A stretch of DNA of 63,092 nt, filler included, from Stramenopiles sp. TOSAG23-6 (Eukaryota), in assembly GCA_900128565.1 (NCBI GenBank). It is 10 parts of 10 records of this genome, joined end to end, with 100 filler letters (N's around TTAATTAATTAA, not from the genome) between each part and the next. Parts side by side here need not be neighbours in the genome. Positions count along the whole stretch, not along the records: positions 31,655 to 37,873 come from LT636751.1; positions 37,974 to 44,190 come from LT636752.1; positions 44,291 to 50,492 come from LT636753.1; 7 more parts are not named here. One strand, given 5' to 3'. The notes below the pieces were generated by a model. That model did not search any database. It saw only the letters and a program-made list of their open reading frames with translations, and was not told the origin of the DNA. A program made the translations under genes and the position numbers. Shown in pieces: positions 35,444-47,005 of this stretch; position 1 is the first letter of the stretch, and every line of letters begins with the position of its first letter.

Positions 35444-37444
35444 GTGGATCATACAAGTAATCAACGTAACAGTATGCAGACACCTATGGATCGAGCAAGA
35501 GTTGAGTCTCCTGTAACTAAAAGAAATAATGGAATTCATAAGAATATTTCAACCACGTCATCTTCTACTGTTGCTTGTTTTGTATTGAAATCGGTCATTG
35601 TTATTTTACAGAGTGTTGGTCCACTCTCGACATTCTATTGGGTCCGCAAATTAGTTTTATGGTTGAAGAAATATAAATTTAAAACAACCAATATATCACG
35701 GCGTAATGTATTCAAAAATCTATGGCCGAGTGGGATTACATCCTTCATTAAATGTTTTAGTTTACTGGAGTGTATATTTTACCTCGTGTATCAGCGTTGG
35801 GTGTGGAAACGAAAACTGAACGACACTTTGATGGACAAAAATGTTACAAAAGGTGTTCGTAGATTTTCATCATTATCACGTTTTCCATATAGTGTTAGTA
35901 TGCAATATTGGAAAAAGATGCTTTCTTCAGTTGGAACACCTGTAAAGATGAGATCTTGGTTAGAAGGTTGGTTTGGAGGAAAATCATATGACTGCCTTAC
36001 ACGTTCTGGGATAGAATCATTTATAGCATGGACTTTGTTCCAAATACGAATTGATTGGCGAAGTAATTCAAGAAATGGAATCCATTGTGTACATGACAGT
36101 GTATTACAGAATACGATATCAAAAGTAGTAGATGATATTGAGTGTATTGCAAATGGTAGTGAAAATATTGGTTCTATCGATTTTGGTAGTGTTGAAGAGA
36201 CCAAACAACACTTGTTTTGCAATACAGAGACTATTGCGAATAATCAAATCATTTCAGCAATGACAAATGATAAACGAACTCAAGTAAAATCATGTTCACC
36301 TCTTAAATATTCACGTCCAATACGACATGGTATAGAAGCTATACATTCTTTACCTCGACCTTTATTTTTATATGGTTTTTCTCATCTTATGATGCAATAT
36401 GTAATTGAGCCTATGATATTTCAATTAATGCTTGGTTATACTCGTGAAACTGTTAAGATATCTATTCCTATTCTTCCCGATATAAAAAGTACAGCTGTAC
36501 AAAATGTATCAAATGTAGAATTTGAAATGATTTATTGGTACAGAAAAGCTGGTACAACTGAAACACAAAACAATATTGAAAAGAATGAGATAAAAATTTC
36601 TCCAGCAATATTCTTTCATGGTCTTGGTATAGGATTTTCTATCTATACAAAACTTATCAAAGGGTTACATGTAGTAAATAATGGAGTTGTTGAAAGAGAT
36701 GTATTTCTAGTGGAAAATTCATCGATTTCATTACGATTGTCTAATGATGATGAAGGTGATGCATTACCTCCTGCTGCTTTAGTGTCTGCTGTTTTGACAA
36801 TGCTTGAGAAACATGGTCATGATAATCAAAAAATATCTGCAATAGGCCACTCATTTGGTTCAATACCTATGTCCTGGTTAATCAAAGCAAAACCAGAAAG
36901 AATTTGTCGAGCTGTATTTATTGATCCTGTCTGTTTTCTACTGTATCATCACAATGTTTGTATCAATGTACTTTTTAGACAACCTCGAAATACATATGAA
37001 TATTTTTCACATTATTTTTTTACAACTGAAAAACGATTAGCAACTATTTTGTCCCATAAATTTGATTGGTTTGAGAATGTTTTATTTCTAGAGGATCTTT
37101 ATGAAATACATCAGAGACAATACTCTGTAGTAAACGGTAATGAGAGACAAAAAAGACAAAAAAGACAAAAAAATGTTGTGTCAAATTGTATGAATGAACA
37201 AATTACAAAATCATCAACAACAACAGTTTTTCTTGGTGGAGATGATAATATTGTTCCTTCTGCTGATGTTCGAGAATATTTACAAGATGGATATAAAAAC
37301 AAGAGTAGAATAAAAAATAAGTCAAATGAAGATTTGTCATCGATAGTAAAAGTTGTTTGGAGACCCAATAGTATACATGGTGATTTTATTTACTCTTCAG
37401 AGACTATAGCAAATATCATTAAAGCTTCTCAGACACAAATATAA
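35444..37444 (+). CDS. Alpha/beta-hydrolase, mirror copy of 32084-34084
   Basis: Identical translation. Confidence 0.75.
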   Translation: MDHTSNQRNSMQTPMDRARVESPVTKRNNGIHKNISTTSSSTVACFVLKSVIVILQSVGPLSTFYWVRKLVLWLKKYKFKTTNISRRNVFKNLWPSGITSFIKCFSLLECIFYLVYQRWVWKRKLNDTLMDKNVTKGVRRFSSLSRFPYSVSMQYWKKMLSSVGTPVKMRSWLEGWFGGKSYDCLTRSGIESFIAWTLFQIRIDWRSNSRNGIHCVHDSVLQNTISKVVDDIECIANGSENIGSIDFGSVEETKQHLFCNTETIANNQIISAMTNDKRTQVKSCSPLKYSRPIRHGIEAIHSLPRPLFLYGFSHLMMQYVIEPMIFQLMLGYTRETVKISIPILPDIKSTAVQNVSNVEFEMIYWYRKAGTTETQNNIEKNEIKISPAIFFHGLGIGFSIYTKLIKGLHVVNNGVVERDVFLVENSSISLRLSNDDEGDALPPAALVSAVLTMLEKHGHDNQKISAIGHSFGSIPMSWLIKAKPERICRAVFIDPVCFLLYHHNVCINVLFRQPRNTYEYFSHYFFTTEKRLATILSHKFDWFENVLFLEDLYEIHQRQYSVVNGNERQKRQKRQKNVVSNCMNEQITKSSTTTVFLGGDDNIVPSADVREYLQDGYKNKSRIKNKSNEDLSSIVKVVWRPNSIHGDFIYSSETIANIIKASQTQI

Positions 37445-37973
37445 TTATCAGACACAAATATAATTATCAGACACAAATATAATTATCAGACACAAACATG
37501 ATTATCAGACACAAATATAATTATAATTATCAGACACAAATATAATTATAATTACAAACACAAATAAAGTTATCATTACAAACTATCATACTTAACTTAC
37601 TACACATATTATAGATGGAATTCCAATAGTATAGTTGACTTTAAAATCTAACGACTGAGCTATTTTGCTTGCAGAAGTTTCGATTTTTGACTCACTTGAT
37701 GTCAACATTTCTTTTTCAAATTTGCTTGGAATCCAACCAGATTCCCCACGAGCATACGATCGAGGCCTCGTATTTATTCGACTTTTAAACGTCCACATGT
37801 ATTTTGGAAAAATATTTCAAAAAAAAAATCGTTAGGTACGAAATTTCGTATGAAAAAAAAATTAAATTAGAAANNNNNNNNNNNNNNNNNNNNNNNNNNN
37901 NNNNNNNNNNNNNNNNNTTAATTAATTAANNNNNNNNNNNNNNNNNNNNNNNNNNNNNNNNNNNNNNNNNNNN

Positions 37974-38027
37974 TACGAAATTTTGTACCTAACGAAAAAT
38001 CATTTGAAATATTTTTCCAAAATACAT
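37974..38027 (+). other. Family intron 3' part (CAT acceptor)
   Basis: TACCTAAC..AAATATTTTTCCAAAATACAT|G at contig start. Confidence 0.75.
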
Positions 38028-40736
38028 GAAAAAAAGATACAAACGATATCGAGCAGCAGTGCGTTGTTGGAGAGAAAGACATGCAAGGCCTCTTGTAAAC
38101 CGTGTAGAACAACACATTGCTCGTGAAATTCGTAATTATATGGAAGTTCAATCTTTGCGAACAAAAAACGATATTCGAATGACACGTATTATTTTTAAGA
38201 GATGGCGGAGAGAATCGAGAAAATCTCGTCCACACGTCAAAGCAAAAATGTCAAAAGTCTTACAAATGCTAAATGAACGAAACTCTCGTACACTAAAACT
38301 TTGTTTTCAAAGTTGGGGGCTTTGTGCGAATGGAAAGGGGAGTTGTAAAGCTGTAAAAGCTGCATATAGAGCTAGGTATATAAAGGCGAGAGCTACGGTA
38401 AAAGATAAATCACGAATTAAAGGAATTATTGCAAAAAGTGAGATTTTACGACAATTAAATTGCGATGCGACTGCAATCATTCGTGCAAACCATACAAAAT
38501 ATTTAATGCTCACATGTTTTAGTGCATGGGAATATGATACACTTTCAAAATTTAGATGGAAAGTTAGTCAAGCAAATCGACATTTTTTCATAACAACGAC
38601 AAGCAAATGTTTCCAAGCTTGGCATTATTATATTGATATGGTTTTATCAGGATTACCTGGTGCACCTCGGGAAGGTGCGCAGAGGTTTCAATCACTACAT
38701 AATCAAAATGCAATACATCAACACTGGCGACGTAGTCATCTACGAAAGCATTTAAAGTATTGGAATATTTATTCTAAACCGAGAGCACACGTTCGAAGGC
38801 TAGAGAATGAACATGTAGGTTCCCATACTGAATTTCAAATTTAGTTTTTTTTTCATATGCAATTTTGTACCTAACGATTTTTTTTTGAAATATTTTTTTA
38901 TAATGTATGCAAACAAACGTGCTAGATGGGCCATTGACACGTGGAAATGTAGAACGATTTGGTCAAAACGTATGAAAGCCTTGTGTGTGTCAGAATGGAA
39001 AGATTATGGTGAAAGACTTATGTCAGTACCTTTTCGAGCATGGTTTTGTTGGGCACATGTACGTTTTCATTATGAATTTTATTTATTTACTTTTTTTTTT
39101 TAGTATGAAATTTTGTACCTAACAATTTTTTTTTGGTAAAAAAAAAAAAANATATTTTTTCACAATATATGAAAGAAGGATACGAAAAACAACAAAACGA
39201 GTCATCGTCAGCGCATTTCGACGTAGAAAAATGTATCATAGAAAATACCAAATATTTAAAGCCTGGAAACATTTAGCAATGTTTGGTAAAGTGGAAGGCT
39301 TAAAGAGTAGGGTATCATGTACGTTTGCAAATTTAAAATTTTACCTACATGTTTTTACTATGAAAATTTTGTCCCTAACAATTTTTTTTCTTAAAGAAAA
39401 AAAATATTTTTTCACAATACATTGATAAAAGCATTACAAGAACAAAATACATTTGCAGTGGCACTCGAGGAAACAATCGATAAATTACAAGATGAATTAG
39501 AAGTATCAGAAGCCGCATTGAAATCCCAACAGGAGGAAAATAAAGAACAACTGGAAAAACATGAAGACTTGTACGTTTTCAAAATTGTATTTTAATTTTT
39601 TTTTTGGTAGAAAATTTGTACCTAACGAATTTCAAATGTAAAATATTTTTTAAGAATACTTGGAGCATAAATTCCAAAGACATGAGTTTGCGTTGCATAC
39701 TGCGGAAGCAGAAATAGTTCGGTTGCAGTCAATAATTGATGCTCTCACAATCATGTACCCTAGTACAGTAAAACTTTTGGATGATGCTGCTGGAGGAAAC
39801 CCAAAAGATGAAAATAAAGCTGTACATGAAAATACTGATGACAATCAAATAGATACAGCGAATGACGATGCTGACATTCTTGATTTAAAACCTTTTGTGA
39901 GAATGAGAATTAAAGAATCCAATGAAAATGATGATGATGCTACAGAAGTGAAAAGTAAAGAATCCAATGAAAAAGATTCTACCAAAGATAGCACGAAACA
40001 AAAGATTACACTGAATTCTATGCCAAGCACAGAAGAACTTGTTATAGATTCTAGTAATGATTCCAGTAATGTAATTAACAGTATACAAAGCCCAGAAAAC
40101 AAGGTCGTGGGCTCTAGTAATGACTTAAATGTTGCCACTTTGAAAGCAACCACTACAGTCACAGAGGAACAACAAAACGTTGAATCTGTGGATGCAAATC
40201 AAACCAACACACCGGCAAGTGACTCTACTAATAATGTAAATGATAAAGCTCTACAAATGACTCAAAAAAGCGAGTCTAATAAAATACTAGCCACCTCAAT
40301 GAAAGCATTGAACACAAATAATCAAGAGTTATTACCTGCACTTGACAGAATGATTCTTGCAAGATCTAAAACAGTGCTTGTAAAAGTAGGATTACTTCCA
40401 GAGGATGAACAAGACAAAATATTTCGTATATCTAATATGGAACGAATAACATTAGGGAGTATAGTTAATACAGAGGCTGTCTCTTTACTCCACTTTATTG
40501 GTACAGGAAAACCCGTTCGCAATGATTATGTTAATGAGACATCAGAAACATTTTCAGACTTTCTTCGAGGTATAGAGTTAATGTATCCACTATCACATCC
40601 TCTTAATATTTCCGCGCGTTCACAACTACAAGCTCGCATTGCTCGTGCTAAATCTAGACATAATGATAAATTAAACTTGCAACTGACAGGGGATGGGAAA
40701 GTGAACATATATAGAGAAGGTGATAATGATAAATAA
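38028..40736 (+). CDS. Sfi1-repeat-like (putative centrin-binding) coiled-coil protein, 5' partial; exons 38028-38814, 38909-39058, 39171-39318, 39423-39570, 39662-40736
   Basis: Recurrent FxxW motifs (IIFKRWR, CFQSW, CFSAW, CFQAW, PFRAW, IFKAWK); removing four family introns gives one continuous ORF. Confidence 0.65.
38815..38908 (+). other. GT-AT intron, 94 nt, phase 0
   Basis: CAT|GTAGGT..TACCTAAC..ATAATGTAT|GCA. Confidence 0.78.
39059..39170 (+). other. GT-AT intron, 112 nt, phase 0
   Basis: CAT|GTACGTTTT..TACCTAAC..CACAATATAT|GAA. Confidence 0.8.
39319..39422 (+). other. GT-AT intron, 104 nt, phase 1
   Basis: TCA T|GTACGTTT..TCCCTAAC..CACAATACAT|TG. Confidence 0.8.
39571..39661 (+). 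other. GT-TT intron, 91 nt, phase 2
   Basis: GAC TT|GTACGTTTT..TACCTAAC..AAGAATACTT|G GAG; joins to the 39660 ORF in frame. Confidence 0.75.
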
Positions 40737-41002
40737 TTATATATTAGAGTTTTAGGGTTAGGGACTTTATTTTTTCTGTTTCTTTCTACTATGTTTTATA
40801 TTTACTTGATATTTTGTACAAAGTTTCCTACAAACCAAATCCAGCAGCAATACCAAATCCAGCAGCAATAAGTCGCAATAAGTATAAACATGCCTTCGCG
40901 TGTTTTGTGTTTCTCATTTCTGATATCAATTTTTTTTATTATTTCGGAACACAGGATGTACCAAGCCTGGCAAGGCACGTTTTTCTGTTTCTTTTTTTAA
41001 AA

Positions 41003-42247
41003 TCATTCTCGTATTTTATCAACCTTAACATCTTCCATTAGATCTAAAATTTCTTCTTCTGCATTACGATTCAAATACATCGCACACCTTTCACGTACAT
41101 GCTGAAGATACATGGCTTTTAGTTTCTCATACACATCAATAGCAACGGACCAATCATTTGTCAAAATATACCGCTCAAGTTTTGCTTTCCATGATTGCTT
41201 AAGTTTTTCAAAATCGCCACGCCTTTGTATGTGCCATTCATAAGATTGAATTTCCCAGTCGTCACGCACTTTTTCCATAACAGCTATTATATGTTTTTCA
41301 AAGCAAATGATTTCTTCTTCCGTTGAACCTTCACGAGGATCACGAAACAACAATTCATGAGCATCTCTCAAATATTTGAATCTGTTCGAAAAAGTCATAC
41401 TAGTTATACCTAATGCGCTGTATAATTCTGCCCTTTCTTCACATTCTTTAACCTTTTCCTGAAGGTATTCCAATTTTGATGGATGCTCAAGGTTTTGTAA
41501 TCTTTGAACTTGGCACTCAAATAAGCTGCTTTCAGCAGTTTCCAACTTTGCTTCATACTTGTATCTCAAATCATTAACAGCCCCCACACTCTCATGTTTG
41601 TAGTGACCCTGGCCAATGGATGAACATAATTTTATGAAATACAAGCTTTGATCCATTTTTTTTCTGAAGGCCTCTTCCTTTGCTGCTGCTGCATCCTCAA
41701 CACTTTTCTTTTCTGTAGGAGCTGTAATAACCCGCTTTCGTGATTCTGCAGCTTCATGTACTTGCCGTACCTGAATAACATCGTCTCCTTTTGATTCGCC
41801 AGATCCACCACGGTGATCTTCGTGATCTTCTCTCTCTTCTGGTTCTACTTTTAACTTGGAACGTGTTCCCATTTGAGCCATTTCGTCTGGGGGCGAGGGA
41901 CGCTGGGCTGGACTTGTCATGGATGCTGCAGTCTCTATTTGTCGTGTTTGTCGTTGTTGTCCTTGATATTGAATCATTTCAATTTGCCTTGTCGGTTCGA
42001 TCGGTTCTACATGTTCTAATAGTCGTTGAAGATTGTCACGACCACTTGTGTAACACATTTCCCCACTTCTTTCAAGATAGTCGCCAATCCAAGAGAGTTT
42101 TGCGAGTTGGTTTTTAAATGCAATAGAAAAAGCATAGAATAGTAACGAGGCTCCAGCTGATGCAAATGCTGATTCCACAGCCGATTGTATAGGCCGAACT
42201 GAAGACAACAGTAAGCCCACCAGTAGAAGTATGGAAGCAAGTCTCAT
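41003..42247 (-). CDS. Hypothetical protein with signal peptide / N-terminal membrane segment, 414 aa, intronless
   Basis: Long ORF from ATG; hydrophobic N-terminus MRLASILLLVGLLLSS; no family recognised. Confidence 0.6.
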   Translation of the reverse strand: MRLASILLLVGLLLSSVRPIQSAVESAFASAGASLLFYAFSIAFKNQLAKLSWIGDYLERSGEMCYTSGRDNLQRLLEHVEPIEPTRQIEMIQYQGQQRQTRQIETAASMTSPAQRPSPPDEMAQMGTRSKLKVEPEEREDHEDHRGGSGESKGDDVIQVRQVHEAAESRKRVITAPTEKKSVEDAAAAKEEAFRKKMDQSLYFIKLCSSIGQGHYKHESVGAVNDLRYKYEAKLETAESSLFECQVQRLQNLEHPSKLEYLQEKVKECEERAELYSALGITSMTFSNRFKYLRDAHELLFRDPREGSTEEEIICFEKHIIAVMEKVRDDWEIQSYEWHIQRRGDFEKLKQSWKAKLERYILTNDWSVAIDVYEKLKAMYLQHVRERCAMYLNRNAEEEILDLMEDVKVDKIRE

Positions 42248-42592
42248 CGCTTTGGATCACGATGAAATATAATGAGCAGAGGTTGCGCGTAATCAATTGG
42301 ATAGTTATAAAAAAATACTAGCTAGGCTACCCACGGTAATGAGGAACTCGGAGGAACTCAGAATTTTTCCAACTGTTCGCTGACTTCCTTACCGCGCATA
42401 AAAATGAAAAAACAAATTTGGGTACCCGGTAACGCAAATATACCGTATTTCGTGGACTTGTCAATATTGATCGTCAGGTAATTATTCAGTAAAACCATCA
42501 AAGTGTGTTCACGACTACTACAGATCATTACTTGACGACATTCACACGTGGAATTAGTTCCTAAAAACTGCAAATTAGTGTTCATTGTGCGC

Positions 42593-44098
42593 ATGGTTTC
42601 TATGTCAGAGGTGATGAGTAATGATGAAGCTTTAGCACGCGTCGCAGAAGCAACGCGGCTTCTCTATACAAACGACACTCCCGCAGATCAACGCAAACAA
42701 TGTAGCGCATGGCTTGAAAAGTTCCGTCGTACACCCCAGGCTTGGAAAGTATGTGATATGATCCTTGTCAACGATACACTATCCCAAGACGCAATTTCAA
42801 AACAAATTCTATTCTTTGGTGCGCTTTCACTTCATCACAAAATTCGCCTTCAATTTAAAACTCTTCCTCCAGAGTTAATAATCTCTCTTCGTGAGTCTAT
42901 GTTTACACACGTTATTCGGCATCGTAATGGAAGTAGCGTCGTATTAAAGAAATTATGTTTAGGATTAGCACAATTAGCTATCAAAGATAAATCATGGACA
43001 ACTGCGGTTTCAGATATAAGTCAGCGCCTTTGTGCTGACGTCAGTAACTTGGCTAGTCTTTTAGAAATTTTAAAACTTCTTCAGGAGGAGACTTGGGATA
43101 GACATGCTACTTTAACACGAAAAGAGAAAGAAGAATTTTCCATTGTACTATCCCGTTCAACACCAGACGTATTTAATCTCTTACTTCGGTGTATGCATCA
43201 AGCAAGTGGTAATACTAAGTTACAATTAGGCGTAATTACTTGTCTCAAATCATGGTTAAACTCTGGAGACATTTCTGCTTCTTCTTTTGCTGCGAACCCA
43301 ATCATCACGGCACCATTTGATGCTATTGCATGCGATGATCTGTTTGATGCTGCTATTGATACTATAGTTAGAATGGTAATTGTGTTTAGGGATCCTGTGA
43401 GGGATGCTGAAGTAGTAAAAATTTTAATACCTAGAATCATGGCATTAAAACCTTTACTCCTTGAAGCTCATGCAAAAGAAGATGATGAAGCTTGCAAAGG
43501 ATTAACTCGCTGTTTTGTTGAAATGGCTGAATCGTATATCGATATTATATGTGGACCAACCGATGTTGGTCAACTTGAAGTAGTTAAAACTGTCCTATTA
43601 TGCACAGCTTATTTTTCAAATTGGGAAATTTCTTTCATCACTTTTAAATTTTGGTATATTTTAAGGTTGACTTTGGATGGTATTGCTGAAGATACTCAGT
43701 TACATCAAAGACATATGGCTCAATTTGGTCCAATATATAATCAATTACTCCCTGTTGTTACAAAGCTGTGTAGACTTCCTACTGATATAGACTCCATGAC
43801 GGAAATGGACCGCGATGATATATTAAAGTTTCGTCAAAATCTTTGTCGAGAATTAATTTTAGATGTTTGTTTTACCATTGGTAGCGATACTTGTTTTACA
43901 CAAATGGTAAATGCATTAGTCCAAGCTGCGGATTCTGTCAAAGCGTTTGAATCCACACAACCAACATTCGATTCCATCTCTCATCTTGAAGCTTGTCTCC
44001 ATGTGTTGGCGTTGGTGGGAGAAGAAACCCAATGTTCCGAAGAATTGAATCAATTAGAAGATTCACTTTTACCTCAAGTGTTTGGAGTGATACAGTAT
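42593..44098 (+). CDS. Importin-beta family karyopherin (transportin-3/Mtr10 or importin-13-like), 3' partial
   Basis: WLEKFRRTPQAW, FGALSLHHKIR, LKKLCLGLAQL, EISFITFKFWY. Confidence 0.85.
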
Positions 44099-44190
44099 GT
44101 ATGTTTTATTTTTTTTAATTTTTTTTCAAATTCGTTTTTTTTTTTTTGAAAATTTTGTACCTAACAATTTTTTTTAGATTTTTTTTGAAA
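44099..44190 (+). other. Family intron, 3' end truncated by contig end
   Basis: TAT|GTATGTTTT..TACCTAAC..TTTGAAA. Confidence 0.75.
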
Positions 44191-44290
44191 NNNNNNNNNN
44201 NNNNNNNNNNNNNNNNNNNNNNNNNNNNNNNNNNTTAATTAATTAANNNNNNNNNNNNNNNNNNNNNNNNNNNNNNNNNNNNNNNNNNNN

Positions 44291-45259
44291 GTTTTAGAAA
44301 TGAGAGACGCTCGTATTCCGTTCACTTCAAGTAATCCTCTACTTGATGAGATAATTGGTTCAAAACCAAGGATGATTGTTTTTAACAAAAGTGATTTAAT
44401 AAATGAAGGTGGAAAAAAACGAATTCGGATACATTTTGAAAATAAAGAAACTCATGTCATTTTTTCAAGTGCAAAGTCTCGGGATAATTTGCAGGTCATA
44501 ACAGAAGCTGTTTCATCTCGAGTCGATAGTCGTTTTAAAACAGTTGGAAAATGCGTACTAATTGTTGGAATACCAAATGTAGGTAAATCGTCTCTAATTA
44601 ATGCTATTCGCACTAGAGCTGAACAGCGTGGTAACCGGGATATATCAGGAAGAAACCAATTCAAGAAAAAAAGGGGGGAAGTAGCTAGAACCGGAGGAAA
44701 GCCGGGAGTGACAAGGCATCAAACAACTATTCAATTAAGTCAAAGACCGCCTATATATGCAATAGATAGCCCAGGTGTAATGCTTCCTCGTGTACCTAAA
44801 CATTCAGCTGGCAATATTAAGCAATTGGATGGTCTTAGTGAGGATTTGGGTGAAGCAGGGATGAAATTGTGTATTACTGGTGCAGTAGCTGACAAGATAC
44901 TTGGGGAAGAAATAATGCTGGAGTATTTATTGTACAAACTAAATGCTCTAAATTGCACAGAATATGCAAGAACTCTTGGGCTTCCTGGAAATCGCCCTGT
45001 AAAGACTATTGATGAATTATATAGTCACATGTTACCAAATCTTTACCGTACTAGCCGCCACCGTGGTGTCTTACTAGCAACTTGTAGTGGTTCAAAGACA
45101 GGGTCAGCCAACCTCAATGTTGAAGGTCGTAGGGTTGTGAATGCTGACCAATTTGAGGGTGGTGAAGAAGATGCGAAAATGACTATCGCTCGTCGTATTT
45201 TGAAGTTATATCGCGGGGGCAAACTTGGTCGAGTTGTACTAGATAAAATTCCTGAATAA
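44291..45259 (+). CDS. MTG1: Circularly permuted ribosome-biogenesis GTPase (MTG1/RbgA-YlqF), 5' partial
   Basis: RDARIPFTSSNP, FNKSDL (G4), VGIPNVGKSSLIN (G1), PGVTR (G2), DSPG (G3), GKLGRVVLD. Confidence 0.85.
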   Translation, partial: VLEMRDARIPFTSSNPLLDEIIGSKPRMIVFNKSDLINEGGKKRIRIHFENKETHVIFSSAKSRDNLQVITEAVSSRVDSRFKTVGKCVLIVGIPNVGKSSLINAIRTRAEQRGNRDISGRNQFKKKRGEVARTGGKPGVTRHQTTIQLSQRPPIYAIDSPGVMLPRVPKHSAGNIKQLDGLSEDLGEAGMKLCITGAVADKILGEEIMLEYLLYKLNALNCTEYARTLGLPGNRPVKTIDELYSHMLPNLYRTSRHRGVLLATCSGSKTGSANLNVEGRRVVNADQFEGGEEDAKMTIARRILKLYRGGKLGRVVLDKIPE

Positions 45260-45322
45260 ATATTAGAAAAATAAATGAAAAGTGTAGTTTATTTTATTCT
45301 AGATATGCCCGAGTTAATCGGG

Positions 45323-46717
45323 TCAGGTTCTAATATCAAATTTATCATCGATCTTCTCATTTCCACTGTGTTCAAGTGTAGGGGGTGGAGGTGGCGTTTC
45401 TTCTAAAGACAACGACATTGTCTGATCTATTATCTTATTTCCGTCATTTTTTTCAATTTGCGCTGGATATAGACTTGGACTATTCGTATCTAGTAGGATA
45501 GTAGATACTGGGGATAGCGTTGTTCGAAAAGAATCAATTTTAGATTCCTTATTCTTCACACTAACTACAGGGTTTACTTTATTAATGTTTTTCTTCATAT
45601 TATCATAGTCTGTCTCTCCAGGTTTCAATACATTATTTAGCATATCGTCTGATTTTCTTTCTTCGCTTCTTCTGATTTCTAAACGATGCTTTTGGTGATT
45701 CAACTCGTGTTCCAAAACAGCTATTGAAAACGACTCTATGAATTTTGACGTGAACGCTTCTGGCATTTCAAATGTTTTCGTATTTTTGAGATACATTGTG
45801 TATCGACTGACAAACCAAGCTATGATTTTAGTGTCACTTGGTGATGCTCTCAGAGACAAATGTGCAAGAGCCAAAGTTTTTAAATTGTCAAATGTTGTGT
45901 TTCCTTCGACTAATGTTGCGTCTTCTGCGTGTATATGCGTTTTTGCATCTAATAATGTGTCGATCGCATTTGCATGCGTTTCGTGCGCTATATCCTGCAC
46001 TTTACGTTTTAGATTTATGATACTTAATGCTTCGGCTTCAAATTTATTCATTTTCTCAATAACATAACTTCTTGTCTTGTTCTTCATTATTTCACGCCAA
46101 GCTTCGGTTTCAGACTTGTGCAAGTCTTGAGGCGATCTATATATATTATCGGTAGAAGGGATTTCCCAAGTAGTTTTATCTGTTAATGTGTCATGATAAT
46201 ATTGTTCGCCATCACTTGTAAACACTTGAGTCCATTGACCTGCTTCAAAGTCTTGTTTTGAATTCTCTACATTTCTTGGTGATATTGTGTATGTCTCGCT
46301 GTTATTCATTTTCGATAGATCATCTTCTGATAAATAATCATGAATTGGTATTTCATTTTTTTTCATATATGACGCAAACGGCGATTGGCCACATAAGTCT
46401 TCAAAGTTGTTACCTGATTGTCCAAGCCAAATTTCGGCTGTGTTCTTATTACCGAATTTATATATCTTATATAGTTCAGAATTCAACCAGTTGAGGAATT
46501 CTTCTTCATATAGTTTCCCACCAATCTTAATGGCTAATAATTTCTCTTTTAAACTAGCCTGGAGATACTCCTGTGCCCACATTTCTAAAGGGAAACCATT
46601 TGGGTTGAAGTTTTGGAATATATGGTTTTGCGTTTCAAAGTTTTTAATGCCAATCCAGCCTTTACCCTCAAAGTCAAGGATACTAAAAAGGGTTTTTGTC
46701 ATTATTGTATAATCCAA
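45323..46717 (-). CDS. WW-domain protein with possible N-terminal EF-hand-like segment
   Basis: GQWTQVFTSDGEQYYHDTLTDKTTWEIP; LFSILDFEGKGWI. Confidence 0.6.
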   Translation of the reverse strand: MDYTIMTKTLFSILDFEGKGWIGIKNFETQNHIFQNFNPNGFPLEMWAQEYLQASLKEKLLAIKIGGKLYEEEFLNWLNSELYKIYKFGNKNTAEIWLGQSGNNFEDLCGQSPFASYMKKNEIPIHDYLSEDDLSKMNNSETYTISPRNVENSKQDFEAGQWTQVFTSDGEQYYHDTLTDKTTWEIPSTDNIYRSPQDLHKSETEAWREIMKNKTRSYVIEKMNKFEAEALSIINLKRKVQDIAHETHANAIDTLLDAKTHIHAEDATLVEGNTTFDNLKTLALAHLSLRASPSDTKIIAWFVSRYTMYLKNTKTFEMPEAFTSKFIESFSIAVLEHELNHQKHRLEIRRSEERKSDDMLNNVLKPGETDYDNMKKNINKVNPVVSVKNKESKIDSFRTTLSPVSTILLDTNSPSLYPAQIEKNDGNKIIDQTMSLSLEETPPPPPTLEHSGNEKIDDKFDIRT

Positions 46718-47005
46718 ACTGGCGGCTGATATTTTCTAGATTAAATGAATTTTTATATTATAATAAGTATATAATAGGTATAATACCTCTACTAGCTAGA
46801 GGTACTGCTAATAGAGCCCTCTTATTAACGTGGGTTAACACCTCGACCGTTTTTTTAACAGGAGTTTGATTTCGGATTTCCGATTTTTCGTGTTTTTTCG
46901 TTTTGGACCGAATATGAAAACGAAAGCTTCGTTCGTTCTTCAGTCCACGCTTAATATTGTTCACTTCCAAAGTATTTATTGTCGTGATCACGACAACGGA
47001 ACGAA

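Larger units (their letters stand above)
31655..37873. repeat. Whole-contig inverted duplication (31655-34418 mirrors 35110-37873), probable template-switch chimera
   Basis: Mirror coordinates sum to 69528; junction at TTGTA microhomology inside the kinase intron. Confidence 0.9.
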
